64,000 nt of DNA from Candidatus Thorarchaeota archaeon. GTDB taxonomy: Archaea; Asgardarchaeota; Thorarchaeia; Thorarchaeales; Thorarchaeaceae. The notes under the pieces are model-generated. The model did no database searches. It saw only the letters and a list, made by a program, of their open reading frames with translations, and was not told where the DNA came from. Shown one piece after another: positions 54,795 through 64,000 of the stretch (position 1 is its first letter; each line of letters begins with the position of its first letter). The DNA lies in contig SDNP01000003.1 of NCBI GenBank assembly GCA_004524445.1, positions 54,798 to 118,797 of the forward strand, read 5' to 3'. Made by a program: the position numbers and the translations under genes.

Positions 54795-54947
54795 TATCTC
54801 TGGCTTAAGAATGGTAATTAATGAGCGGCGAAGACTGGCGGATTAAGCCATGTCTTGCGTCGCATTTCTATCGAGATACGTCTGAAATGTTATGTCTATA
54901 GTCTTAATACCCACGTTGTCTATAGTGTGTTTTAGTGGGATTGAACC

Positions 54948-56678
54948 TTGAAAAGAGATGTATCAATAGTCATAGCCGGTGCGGCAGGACAAGGGATAGA
55001 AACGGTCGCTGATTTCATGGCAACCGTTCTCAAACTGTCTGGATATCATGTCTTTGTGACTCGTGAATTCATGTCTAGGATTAGAGGAGGAACCAACTCA
55101 CTCCAGATTCGAATTTGCTCTGAGAGGACAGCAGCATATGTTCGACGCACAGATCTTCTCGTACCGTTGACTGAAGATGCAATACCTCATTTACGTAAAT
55201 ATCGAAGGACCCAAGAAGACACCCAGTTCTTAGGCGAGGAAGGTATTGTAGGAGAGCAAGCAGGCGTTGACCCAGATAATGTCATTAATGTTGATTTCTC
55301 TGGAATTGCGAAGGAAGTGGGTGGAAAAATATATTCCAATACGGTAGCGGCAGGAGTCATAACCTCTCTCTTTGGTGTAAATCTGGATATTGTTCGGGAT
55401 TACCTCGAAAGAAGATTCGGTGACAAAGGAGAAGATGTTGTCAACGAAAACATCGATGCCTACAATAGAGGAGTAGAAATTGGGAATCATCTGCAGCAAG
55501 AGGGCAAGCTCAACTATAAAGTCGAAAAGAAAAACAAAGTGAAAGATGACATCCTAATCAGTGGAACTGAATCAATCGGGTTAGGTGCTATTGCAGGAGG
55601 ATGTAATTTCATTGCATCATATCCAATGTCCCCCTCGACAGGCCTTCTTGTATTCCTCAGTCAACAATCGAAAGAGTTTGGGATAGTTGTTGATCAAGTT
55701 GAGGACGAAATCTCAGGAATAAACAAGGGACTGGGCGCGTGGTATGCTGGTGCACGAGCTATGATAACGACTTCGGGAGGTGGCTTTGCTCTTATGTCAG
55801 AAGGGCTGAGTCTTGCAGGAATGACGGAGACTCCTATGGTACTCCATGTTGCACAGAGACCCGGTCCTGCAACTGGGCTCCCAACAAGAACCGGGCAGGA
55901 AGACTTGAAACATGTGCTGGGGGCAGCACACGGGGAATTTCCAAGGATTGTCTTGACACCGGGAACCTATGAAGATGGATTCTATCTCACACAGAAAGCA
56001 TTCAATCTGGCAGACAAATATCAGGTCCCAGTATTTGTGCTAACAGACCAGTTCTTTGTGGATTCTTCCTACAACATTCCTCAGCTTGATATATCTAATC
56101 TCAAGGTAGAGAAGCATATTGTCAAGACAGACCAGGGCTACCAGAGGTACGCTATTACTGAAGACGGTATTTCTCCACGGGGAATCCCGGGTTTTGGTGA
56201 CGGTTTTGTTCGCGCCGATAGTGACGAACACGATGAAAACGGTCATATCACCGAGGACATGAACCTCCGCATCGAGATGGTCAATAAGCGATTACACAAG
56301 AAGATTGAAGCCATCAAGGAGGATTATATCTACCCCGAGCTGGTCGGAAGCGAGGACTACAAGACTCTGGTGGTTGCCTGGGGATCAAATTACTATGTTG
56401 TCAAGGAAGCCCTAGATAAATTGGATTTGGATGATGTTGCGCTTTTGCATTTCAAACAGGTATATCCACTACCTTCGGATTTGAAGGAACACTTCGAAAC
56501 AGCAGAACAGATTCTAGCTGTCGAAAACAATGCAACGGGACAATTCTGCGACCTCCTGTTGACTGAGCTAGGAGTGAGCATATCACAAAACGATAGGCTC
56601 TTGAAATATGATGGATTACCGTTCCCAGTTGAGATGGTCACGGAATTTATTGAAGAAGCTACAAAGAGGAGGCGATGA
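54948..56678 (+). CDS. korA: 2-oxoacid:ferredoxin oxidoreductase alpha subunit (gamma-alpha fusion)
   Basis: [40 protein letters not shown]. Confidence 0.92.
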   Translation: MKRDVSIVIAGAAGQGIETVADFMATVLKLSGYHVFVTREFMSRIRGGTNSLQIRICSERTAAYVRRTDLLVPLTEDAIPHLRKYRRTQEDTQFLGEEGIVGEQAGVDPDNVINVDFSGIAKEVGGKIYSNTVAAGVITSLFGVNLDIVRDYLERRFGDKGEDVVNENIDAYNRGVEIGNHLQQEGKLNYKVEKKNKVKDDILISGTESIGLGAIAGGCNFIASYPMSPSTGLLVFLSQQSKEFGIVVDQVEDEISGINKGLGAWYAGARAMITTSGGGFALMSEGLSLAGMTETPMVLHVAQRPGPATGLPTRTGQEDLKHVLGAAHGEFPRIVLTPGTYEDGFYLTQKAFNLADKYQVPVFVLTDQFFVDSSYNIPQLDISNLKVEKHIVKTDQGYQRYAITEDGISPRGIPGFGDGFVRADSDEHDENGHITEDMNLRIEMVNKRLHKKIEAIKEDYIYPELVGSEDYKTLVVAWGSNYYVVKEALDKLDLDDVALLHFKQVYPLPSDLKEHFETAEQILAVENNATGQFCDLLLTELGVSISQNDRLLKYDGLPFPVEMVTEFIEEATKRRR

Positions 56679-57565
56679 ATTTGGATGCTAAGGATTACGA
56701 GATAATGGATAGCGTTGGTTATGATATTGCGTGGTGCCCAGGATGTGGGAACTATCCGCTACGAAAAATCATGCAGTCTACACTGGCAGAACTGGAATTG
56801 AAACCCACTGAGGTAGTGATGGTGTCTGGCATTGGACAAGCAGCAAAAATCCCGCATTACCTCAATGTCAATTTCTTTAATGGTCTTCATGGGAGAGCAC
56901 TACCGCCGGCGCTTGCTATCAAGGCTGCGAATCCTGAATTGACAGTCATTGCGGAGAGTGGCGATGGATGCATGTATGGTGAGGGCGGTAATCACTTCGT
57001 GCATACGATTCTGAGAAATCCTAACATCACCGTGATCGTACATGATAACATGGTGTATGGACTCACAAAGGGACAGGCATCGCCCACAACTCAACAAGGA
57101 TTTGCTACACCAGTTCAACCAGCAGACAGAGGAGGATGGACGAACAAACCGTTCAATCCCGTGGCATTGGCTATCTCCATGGATGCTTCGTTTGTTGCCC
57201 GAGCATTTGTTGGTGACCGGGACGAATCTAAAGGGATTCTAAAGAAGGCAATTAGCCACAAGGGTTTTGCTCTCGTGGATGTCTTTCAACCCTGTGTCAC
57301 CTACAACAAATTGAACACGTTCAAGTGGTTCAAGGATAATACGTACTATCTTGACGAATCACATGATGTGAGGGATCCAACTGCAGCGTTAGAAAAGGCC
57401 ATGCAGTCAGACAAGCTCCCCCTGGGCGTCTTCTACACCAATCCCGATAGAACGACTTTCGAAGACGATTCCGGGGTCTATGATGAGAATGAGAGTCCAT
57501 TGTACAAGCGAGAAGTGGATGGCAAGAAATTGCTGGAATTGATTCGCTCAAAGGCGAAGACGTGA
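56675..57565 (+). CDS. korB: 2-oxoacid:ferredoxin oxidoreductase beta subunit
   Basis: WCPGCG, SGIG, HGR, TPP motif [22 protein letters not shown]. Confidence 0.92.
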   Translation: MNLDAKDYEIMDSVGYDIAWCPGCGNYPLRKIMQSTLAELELKPTEVVMVSGIGQAAKIPHYLNVNFFNGLHGRALPPALAIKAANPELTVIAESGDGCMYGEGGNHFVHTILRNPNITVIVHDNMVYGLTKGQASPTTQQGFATPVQPADRGGWTNKPFNPVALAISMDASFVARAFVGDRDESKGILKKAISHKGFALVDVFQPCVTYNKLNTFKWFKDNTYYLDESHDVRDPTAALEKAMQSDKLPLGVFYTNPDRTTFEDDSGVYDENESPLYKREVDGKKLLELIRSKAKT

Positions 57566-57594
57566 ATCCGATAAAACATCAGAGTTGAAGAAAC

Positions 57595-57813
57595 GTGGCT
57601 GACAGAGTGAAATTTGAGGATGGCGAAGCTTGGGTAACAATCGACATGGACCTCTGCGCAGGTATTGCTGCATGTGTTGATGTCTGTCCTGTTGAATGCT
57701 ACAAGCTGGTTGATGGGAAGGTCAACGCAGATAGGATTGGCGAGTGCATAGAGTGCCTTGCATGCGAGAATATTTGTCCCGAAGAGGCAATTCTAGAGCA
57801 CTTCGCATGGTAG
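57595..57813 (+). CDS. Dicluster ferredoxin
   Basis: CAGIAACVDVCP and CIECLACENICP. Confidence 0.9.
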   Translation: MADRVKFEDGEAWVTIDMDLCAGIAACVDVCPVECYKLVDGKVNADRIGECIECLACENICPEEAILEHFAW

Positions 57814-57885
57814 ACAACGGCTATCGAGAGTCTGTGATGATGTTTTTATCAGACCAAAGAATGAGATTAACTGGAGGCCCCCGTT

Positions 57886-58698
57886 ATGCTTGTGGTTGAG
57901 GACTTCAATGATACTGTGAAATGCATAAAGACTGCAACAATTCAAGACGGGGAGCCAATCATGTGGGTCTATTCCTACTTGGCACACGATGTAATGTTTG
58001 ATGCAGGATGCGCTAATGCTGCGAGTGATTTTAAACGAATCAAGAACGAGTACGATATATCGAGAATCTTCATCTCCCATGCCCATGAAGACCACTTTGG
58101 AGGACTTTCAGTTCTTGCTGACAAATGCGAGGTCTTTGCACCAAAATTGGCCCATGATGAACTAATGCATCCCACAGAACTCGACGAATTCTTTCAATTT
58201 GTTTGGGGGCAGCCAAAAGGAATTCAGTCCGTAAACGATATGCCAAAGTCATTTCAAGTGCAAGAACTAAACTTCAAGGTCATTGAGCTGCCTGGTCACC
58301 ATCAGCATATGGTTGGATTCCACGAACCCGAAAAGGGTTGGCTCTTTTCCGCTGATGCAGTTCCCTTACCCTCGAAGAAGTATATTGCAATGCCAGATGA
58401 AAATATTCCGATGATGGTCGATACAATGAAGAGAATCTCGGAACTTGATCTTGAGGTGTTGTTTGATGCACATAAGGGCCCCATTATTGACCCACAGGAA
58501 CACATCAAGAGAAGAATTGACTATTTGACCGAAACTCAACAGAGAGTAAGAGACCTGAACAGAAAAGGAATGACTGTGAAGGAGATAGTCGCGGAAATGG
58601 GCTGGGAAGGGCCCTGGTATCTCGGATTAACTGAGGGACGTTTCGGAATTGATTTTCTTGTCAAATCAATGCTTCATGATAAAGCGCAGGAGCAATGA
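57886..58698 (+). CDS. MBL-fold metallo-hydrolase
   Basis: SHAHEDHFGG, PGH, SAD, AH. Confidence 0.88.
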   Translation: MLVVEDFNDTVKCIKTATIQDGEPIMWVYSYLAHDVMFDAGCANAASDFKRIKNEYDISRIFISHAHEDHFGGLSVLADKCEVFAPKLAHDELMHPTELDEFFQFVWGQPKGIQSVNDMPKSFQVQELNFKVIELPGHHQHMVGFHEPEKGWLFSADAVPLPSKKYIAMPDENIPMMVDTMKRISELDLEVLFDAHKGPIIDPQEHIKRRIDYLTETQQRVRDLNRKGMTVKEIVAEMGWEGPWYLGLTEGRFGIDFLVKSMLHDKAQEQ

Positions 58699-58779
58699 AT
58701 TCTCAGAAAACAGAGCAGTATTAAGGTTAGAAGTCAAGAAGAGGGTGCCTATTTAGAATCCTGCTGAGCGTGCTGTGAG

Positions 58780-59106
58780 ATGACGATTCTGGTGCTGGTG
58801 GTTCTAGCCATCCTGGTAATATCTACGCCCATTATGGCTGCAAGCATGCGTTTGGAAGTGTATGGATATCTCCTAGCGCTGAAACCGCTAGATTTTGATG
58901 GGTGGACCTATTATGGGAAGCTACTGACAGAGAAGGGATACTATCAGAGGGCGCATTTTGCATTGAAACAAGCCATTGTAATCCGTCCAAACCACACAGA
59001 GGCATGGTTTCAACTAAGTGAATTATATACAATGATGGAACTTAATGACAAAGCGGCTGATGCATTAGCCCGTGCAATCGAGTCTGAAGTAGATTTTGAT
59101 AAGTAG
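58780..59106 (+). CDS. Small TPR protein with N-terminal hydrophobic segment
   Basis: W.YYG..L..G.Y..A...A...P....AW TPR pattern. Confidence 0.7.
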   Translation: MTILVLVVLAILVISTPIMAASMRLEVYGYLLALKPLDFDGWTYYGKLLTEKGYYQRAHFALKQAIVIRPNHTEAWFQLSELYTMMELNDKAADALARAIESEVDFDK

Positions 59107-59117
59107 ATATTCCTCTC

Positions 59118-60257
59118 TCACTTCTTTTCTCTAAGTCTGAAACGGTCTGAGAAAGACCGGGTTGCCTTCTCATCCTTTCGCGCCTCTCGCTCAGCCTCTT
59201 TTTGACGTGAGCAATTTATTCTGGCCGCACGACCCAGCTGTGTAACACGCGATGCCTCACTGTCATGATTTTTTCGTTTGAAAATTTTCCGTGCACGTTG
59301 CCATGCCTTTGCTGCAGCACAAAAGTCTTCCAGCCGTGCATTCGCAGTAGCCAACGCATCATACGCATCCGGGTCGTCGTTCTCGATTGACAGATACCGT
59401 TTCCAGGCCTTTACTGCTTGTCGCCATTTTTCCAATTCCATGGAAACCAAGGCCAAGTTCCGGAGAGCGCGAATGTGTTCTCGGTCCCTGATAATGGCTC
59501 GCTTGAAGTGCTTTTCGGCATCCTTCAGACGCCTTTCCTTGTATTCGACCATGCCCATTGTGTTTTCAACATTAGCATCACTTGGATCAATCTCTGATGC
59601 TTTCTCCAGTGCCTTCAAAGCTGTCCTGTTACGTCCCGCTCTCAAATTTACATCCGCCAGAACCCGCCATGCTTCGATATTGCCAGGAGCGATTTTTCGT
59701 GCTTTATCTGCAGAGTTCCGAGCGTTTTTCCAGTCCCCAATCATAGAATATGCTATAGCACGATGTAATAGAGCTGGCACTAATTTCTCATCATCTTCCA
59801 AGACCTTGTTATAGTACACCAGCGATTCATCAAAACGACCGGACTCAAGATGAATGTTCCCCATTCTCAGGAGAACAGGTGTAGTATTCTCAGCAACTCT
59901 CAGAAGCCGTTCCAATAGACTGAGTTCTTGCTCACGCTCTCCAAGGCTCCTGAAAGCCTGTGCAGCATCTTGTAGCGCCATTGCATTTTCTGGAGACATT
60001 TCCAATACCGACTGGAATGAAGATAGTGCCTTCTCCGCGTTATCGGGACCAATGGATAGGAGAATTCTTCCCTTGTTCAAATGGGCCTCTGTTAGACCAG
60101 GATTCAATGTGATTGCTTTCTCAAAGCTTCGTAGTGCATCACCAAATTCCTCCAATTGTGCTAAGAGAACCCCCTTGCTATTCCAGGCATGGGCATCATC
60201 CGGATGTCTTTCCAAATGACGTTCAACCGAATCTAGAGCTTCTCTAACTGAGGGCAT
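59118..60257 (-). CDS. Multi-TPR protein
   Basis: Roughly 9-10 TPR repeats (AWNSKGVLL..., AHLNKG...). Confidence 0.88.
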   Translation of the reverse strand: MPSVREALDSVERHLERHPDDAHAWNSKGVLLAQLEEFGDALRSFEKAITLNPGLTEAHLNKGRILLSIGPDNAEKALSSFQSVLEMSPENAMALQDAAQAFRSLGEREQELSLLERLLRVAENTTPVLLRMGNIHLESGRFDESLVYYNKVLEDDEKLVPALLHRAIAYSMIGDWKNARNSADKARKIAPGNIEAWRVLADVNLRAGRNRTALKALEKASEIDPSDANVENTMGMVEYKERRLKDAEKHFKRAIIRDREHIRALRNLALVSMELEKWRQAVKAWKRYLSIENDDPDAYDALATANARLEDFCAAAKAWQRARKIFKRKNHDSEASRVTQLGRAARINCSRQKEAEREARKDEKATRSFSDRFRLREKK

Positions 60258-60363
60258 TAGTATCTGGTGGAAATATCCCGAGAGGCTGAAAAGCATTCAG
60301 ATGATTGCAGTAAATTAAAAGAAGCGACAAGAATTAAGAAGTACATATTATGCAGGGATAACC

Positions 60364-61116
60364 ATGAACAAGAGCAGGATAGAGGGGTTAATTTTTGACC
60401 TTGGTGGAACACTCTATCATCCTGCACCAGATTTGATAGATATTGCTCGACAACACCTGGTGGAGGCGGGGGTCGAAGATTGCGAGAATATGACTGATGA
60501 GCAGATAGAACTAGCGCTGCTCAGAGAACGAGATGGATGGCTGAATCAGTATATGATAGAGCAAAATGTAGGGCCTCACTGGGAACCATCGAGGGACCTG
60601 TGGATTGAGCATGATCGCAGATTTCTGGAGGCACTCTGTGTCGAGGGGGATATTGAACGACTGGCTGTCAAATATCAAGACCTATGGGATGCCACCATAG
60701 CGGATTATCGGTACGAGCTGGTAGATGGTGTAAAGGAAGCGCTATATCAATATCATTCTGATGGCATCCGGCTCGCCGTGGCATCCAATCGCTTCGGAGA
60801 TCCAACAAGGTATCTTGCAGCCGATGGAATCGATTCGCTATTCGAAGTAATAGAGTATTCTAACGTGCCAGGATACATGAAACCCTCCCCATACATGCTC
60901 CTTCGGGCTGCAAGAGAAATGGGTGTAAATCCGCGCCTTTGTGCATACATTGGTAATACTGTTGAATATGATGTCAATGCAGCCATCCGTGCGGAGATGT
61001 TGCCTGTACTCCTAGCATGGGGAGATAAGGAAGAAGAGAAAAAAGTGCCGAAAGGGACTATTGTTATAGAACATCTGAGAGACCTTGAAACGCATGTTGA
61101 ATTCCCAAGAGGATAA
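60364..61116 (+). CDS. HAD-family hydrolase
   Basis: FDLGGTL, SN, KP.P, IGN..YD. Confidence 0.87.
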   Translation: MNKSRIEGLIFDLGGTLYHPAPDLIDIARQHLVEAGVEDCENMTDEQIELALLRERDGWLNQYMIEQNVGPHWEPSRDLWIEHDRRFLEALCVEGDIERLAVKYQDLWDATIADYRYELVDGVKEALYQYHSDGIRLAVASNRFGDPTRYLAADGIDSLFEVIEYSNVPGYMKPSPYMLLRAAREMGVNPRLCAYIGNTVEYDVNAAIRAEMLPVLLAWGDKEEEKKVPKGTIVIEHLRDLETHVEFPRG

Positions 61117-61174
61117 CTTCAATTACAGTAATTCTCATAGCAGGTATATACTTAGACGGGATGGATGTCTTAGG

Positions 61175-61921
61175 ATGCTTCGGAGAAAAACAGTTGCCTC
61201 GGCGTTGTTCATTGTTCTATCGTCTTCATTCCTTATGCCAGCTTTTGCTCAGACACATAACCTTGAATGGGGAGTGGAGGTGGGCGAGCAGTTCACCTAT
61301 GCTCTTCAAAGAAAGACAATCTCGCCAGCTCTAGAAGGTAACCTACCCGCTTGGATGAACTTCATAGAGTTAATTGATACCGGAGAAAAAGTCCAAGTGA
61401 ACGTGACACATCTGTATCCCATCCCTGAGGAGATTGAATCTAGTGAGGATGCCCCCATTTCTTATTGTGATGTATTAACTGAGGACAATGAAGTGGTCCT
61501 CGCCGCTAACTCAACTGCATTCCTCTTTCCTATAGGTGACTGGGAATTTCTGACCGATTTATTGAGCGAGAGTGCTCCCCAAGTCGAACTCATAGACACT
61601 GACGAAGAGTGGGGAACCATTCAATCGGGACAATATATCTCAGGAGATACGACTGTCGATTATTATCTTGAATGGCGGTATGAGAAAGAAAATGGCACTC
61701 TGAATTACCTGAAGTTCACCAATACAGTTCAAGGTGCCAATGTGGTGGACATTGTCTTCGTGCAGTGGCATCCTGGAATGGCAACTGTATTGCCTCCTGA
61801 CACACCAGTCATTACGATTCTACTGGTGGCATTAGGGATTGCATTCGGAGTTATCGCTGCAATTATTGTCTACAAATGGTACCGCGGAAGAAAGCCCTTA
61901 GTCCAGCAACTAGGTGAGTAA
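61175..61921 (+). CDS. Secreted, C-terminally membrane-anchored hypothetical protein
   Basis: Signal peptide, LEWGVEVGEQFTY, C-terminal TM followed by basic residues. Confidence 0.75.
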   Translation: MLRRKTVASALFIVLSSSFLMPAFAQTHNLEWGVEVGEQFTYALQRKTISPALEGNLPAWMNFIELIDTGEKVQVNVTHLYPIPEEIESSEDAPISYCDVLTEDNEVVLAANSTAFLFPIGDWEFLTDLLSESAPQVELIDTDEEWGTIQSGQYISGDTTVDYYLEWRYEKENGTLNYLKFTNTVQGANVVDIVFVQWHPGMATVLPPDTPVITILLVALGIAFGVIAAIIVYKWYRGRKPLVQQLGE

Positions 61922-61923
61922 AA

Positions 61924-62271
61924 GTGAAGCCCCCAGATAGTGAACCTATTGAGGTGAGTTGGAAAGTAGATAATCCATCAGTAACCCTACCTGTCGGAAC
62001 AGAGTTTTATTTCAATTTTCACCGCCATGGATCTGTTGGTGAGGATAGGACATTTGAAATACACGATGACAGCGTCGTCGAACATCTGGAAACAGATATT
62101 CACTATAAACATCCCGAGAGGATGAAGCCCGGGTGGACAGGTGGGGATGCAGAAATCGGAAAGTGGTTCTTCAAAGCAATAAAGCATGGCAAGACAATAA
62201 TCACTGTCACGAAGTTGTTCCGCTTTGAGGTAGAAGATACGTACGATGTTGAAGTGACTGTCATAGAATAG
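61924..62271 (+). CDS. Chagasin/I42 protease-inhibitor-like protein
   Basis: G..F......S.G, GG....W.FKA.K.GKT.I Ig-like pattern. Confidence 0.55.
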   Translation: MKPPDSEPIEVSWKVDNPSVTLPVGTEFYFNFHRHGSVGEDRTFEIHDDSVVEHLETDIHYKHPERMKPGWTGGDAEIGKWFFKAIKHGKTIITVTKLFRFEVEDTYDVEVTVIE

Positions 62272-62288
62272 AGTGTACCTATAACGAT

Positions 62289-63029
62289 TCACTTTACGGC
62301 CCACACAAATGTGTACTCTGCCGAGTAATCTGGCTTCGCGCCACGGTTTAGTGAATTTCTTAGCTTCTCTAGCCCGGAAGCAAAGGCATCATTCGAGATT
62401 TTATGCAACATTGAGAATCCCTTCTGTTCTACTGTTGCCAAGTAGTCGTTTCCCAGCAGTACAGGGGAGAAGGTGCATTCTCTGAATGTCACTCCCGAGA
62501 AGCCAGCGTTTTTCAGCATTTTTTGCAAAGCAGGTATATGTGGATATCGATCCTGGTCGATTTGCACCGTTTCCGGGAAAAATCTGGATGTGTCTCTATG
62601 TTCTATTTGTGCGTGGGATTGAGTGACAATGCAGGTCCGTCCTCCGTTACGAAGAACACGGTACATTTCTCTAATAGCCCAGGGAATATCAGAAATATGA
62701 TGAATTACTTCAGTCATATAGACAAAATCAAAGATTGAATTCCTGAAGGGAATATTTTCGGCCGCTGATTGAACGAAATTTCCCTCTGGAAACTTAGCCA
62801 CTGCTTCCACGAGCATGCCACTGGATAAATCAAGACCTATAACGTCAGACTCTGTTGCCAAAGACAAAAGATGAGTGTTGTTAGCGGTTCCACAACCAAC
62901 ATCAAGGATGAGAGAGCCAGGGCTGACGTTCCAAGACTGAAGAAGGTTGGTGACCATTTCTGAATCTCCCGGTCTTACCTTATCATAGATTCTTGAAACA
63001 GAGTCATAGTCTATGCTCTTGTGCCTCAT
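62289..63029 (-). CDS. Class I SAM-dependent methyltransferase (UbiE-like)
   Basis: LDVGCGT, GLDLS.GML, AENIPF...FD, HH, RVLRNGG. Confidence 0.9.
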   Translation of the reverse strand: MRHKSIDYDSVSRIYDKVRPGDSEMVTNLLQSWNVSPGSLILDVGCGTANNTHLLSLATESDVIGLDLSSGMLVEAVAKFPEGNFVQSAAENIPFRNSIFDFVYMTEVIHHISDIPWAIREMYRVLRNGGRTCIVTQSHAQIEHRDTSRFFPETVQIDQDRYPHIPALQKMLKNAGFSGVTFRECTFSPVLLGNDYLATVEQKGFSMLHKISNDAFASGLEKLRNSLNRGAKPDYSAEYTFVWAVK

Positions 63030-63055
63030 TCATTCAACCTCAGGCAGGGGTGTTC

Positions 63056-63508
63056 TCAGTAGTCCCTTATGTCAGGCAATCTCACGCCATCTCTCGCTTT
63101 CTTTTCTTCTCCCTCAAGGTATGCTCCAAGGCCCTCCTCTTGGATGATCTTGACATGATCGAATAGATACGAGTATCGGCCTCTCACATATTCCGTACGC
63201 TCACACTCAGCAAACAACTCACACAACAAGCAGTTGTCCACTTCATCGTTTTTGATTCTAGAGCACTTCTTGACATCACACCAGGTTGTTTCCTCGTTTC
63301 TTCCTTTGCATGGCTCCATCTTTGCGAAGTAATCCAAGTTCTGAACGAATTCGTCGAAGTCAAAGTCAAGATCAGTATCTCGGAGATATGAAAGGTCCTT
63401 GACTATCATCTCCTTCAAAGTAGATGCAGTCCTTGGAATCACTGCGCGATATGCCCAACACTGACCGCAATAAATCCCACATCGACACAGATTCTCCTTC
63501 AATGACAT
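63056..63508 (-). CDS. DUF3795-like cysteine-rich protein
   Basis: CGIYCGQC...C....C....C..C..F..C. Confidence 0.75.
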   Translation of the reverse strand: MSLKENLCRCGIYCGQCWAYRAVIPRTASTLKEMIVKDLSYLRDTDLDFDFDEFVQNLDYFAKMEPCKGRNEETTWCDVKKCSRIKNDEVDNCLLCELFAECERTEYVRGRYSYLFDHVKIIQEEGLGAYLEGEEKKARDGVRLPDIRDY

Positions 63509-63691
63509 TGCCTATTCCCTGTTCCTCTGATGCACGATGCTATAAATGCGCTTTGAGCATCCAAGGATACATCGTAATTGATAGGCAGCTTTCTTGAAAA
63601 AGAACTATTCATGTACTGGGGGAACTAGTGGCATCCCCTCATCTCTGAGAAGACGACCACAAAGTTCGAAAAAAGCCCCTTTGGTCTATGT

Positions 63692-64000
63692 TTAGCGTCG
63701 TATCTTGATAATAACACCAATGACGACTATTGCACCAACAACTGCAATCACTGGTAGATATTCTCCCAAGTCGGGAAAAGTACCGATAATACCATTGGGG
63801 GTCTGAAGGATGTTTGCAACACCAATCTTGGGATCATGAACAATTCTTTCTCCACGAGGATAGTTGAGAAATATCTCTTGTTCACTGTCAGAAGCCTCGT
63901 GTATGGTAGAGTTAATAGGATACTCAACACCATCTACGGAGGCCGATTCCTTCCATGTGAAGAAACCACTATACTGGTTGCTTGTGAAGTCAATCCCCTC
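63692..64000 (-). CDS. C-terminal part of a membrane-anchored surface protein (runs off window)
   Basis: Not in ORF track. Manual translation gives ...FFTWKESASVDG...NYPRGERIVHDPKIGV...VIAVVGAIVVIGVIIKIRR*. Confidence 0.8.
   Translation of the reverse strand, partial: EGIDFTSNQYSGFFTWKESASVDGVEYPINSTIHEASDSEQEIFLNYPRGERIVHDPKIGVANILQTPNGIIGTFPDLGEYLPVIAVVGAIVVIGVIIKIRR

Noticed and set aside
63296-63312. DUF3795 CxGC motif reading CKGR (AGA) as a former Sec codon
   Set aside because: The codon is AGA, not TGA, and no SECIS was found. A simple substitution explains it.
112-63933. Numerous 60-180 aa antisense or alternate-frame ORFs in the ORF track
   Set aside because: They are shadows of well-supported genes on the other strand or frame and have no recognisable motifs

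Overview
This is a gene-dense archaeal chromosomal segment, and the gene content is clearly archaeal. An Asgard (Thorarchaeia-like) origin is my inference and has not been tested. The left part holds a nurA-herA-mre11-rad50 resection operon (rad50 truncated by the window edge), the arcS/raSEA archaeosine genes, a DUF1998 helicase, tandem thioredoxins and two tRNA-Arg genes, one with a D-loop BHB intron. Further along are central-carbon genes (tpiA, FBP aldolase/phosphatase, class I aldolase, korAB plus ferredoxin), ABCE1/RLI, priL, ogg1 and many accessory enzymes. Five observations stand out. (1) A 14-kb divergent envelope locus (33450-47242) has two MacB/FtsX-type permeases, two ABC ATPases, a membrane esterase and two catalytically degenerate M28-fold, membrane-anchored proteins with nine Ca-binding DxDxDG-type repeats each. 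(2) Two genes, including priL, appear to start at CTG behind strong Shine-Dalgarno motifs. (3) ABCE1 naturally lacks Fe-S cysteine 6. (4) There are two candidate K-turn/box C/D non-coding RNAs. (5) Several metalloenzyme homologues have lost their metal ligands. No CRISPR array, rRNA, transposase or integrase was seen. All family assignments come from motif recognition by eye, without database searches.
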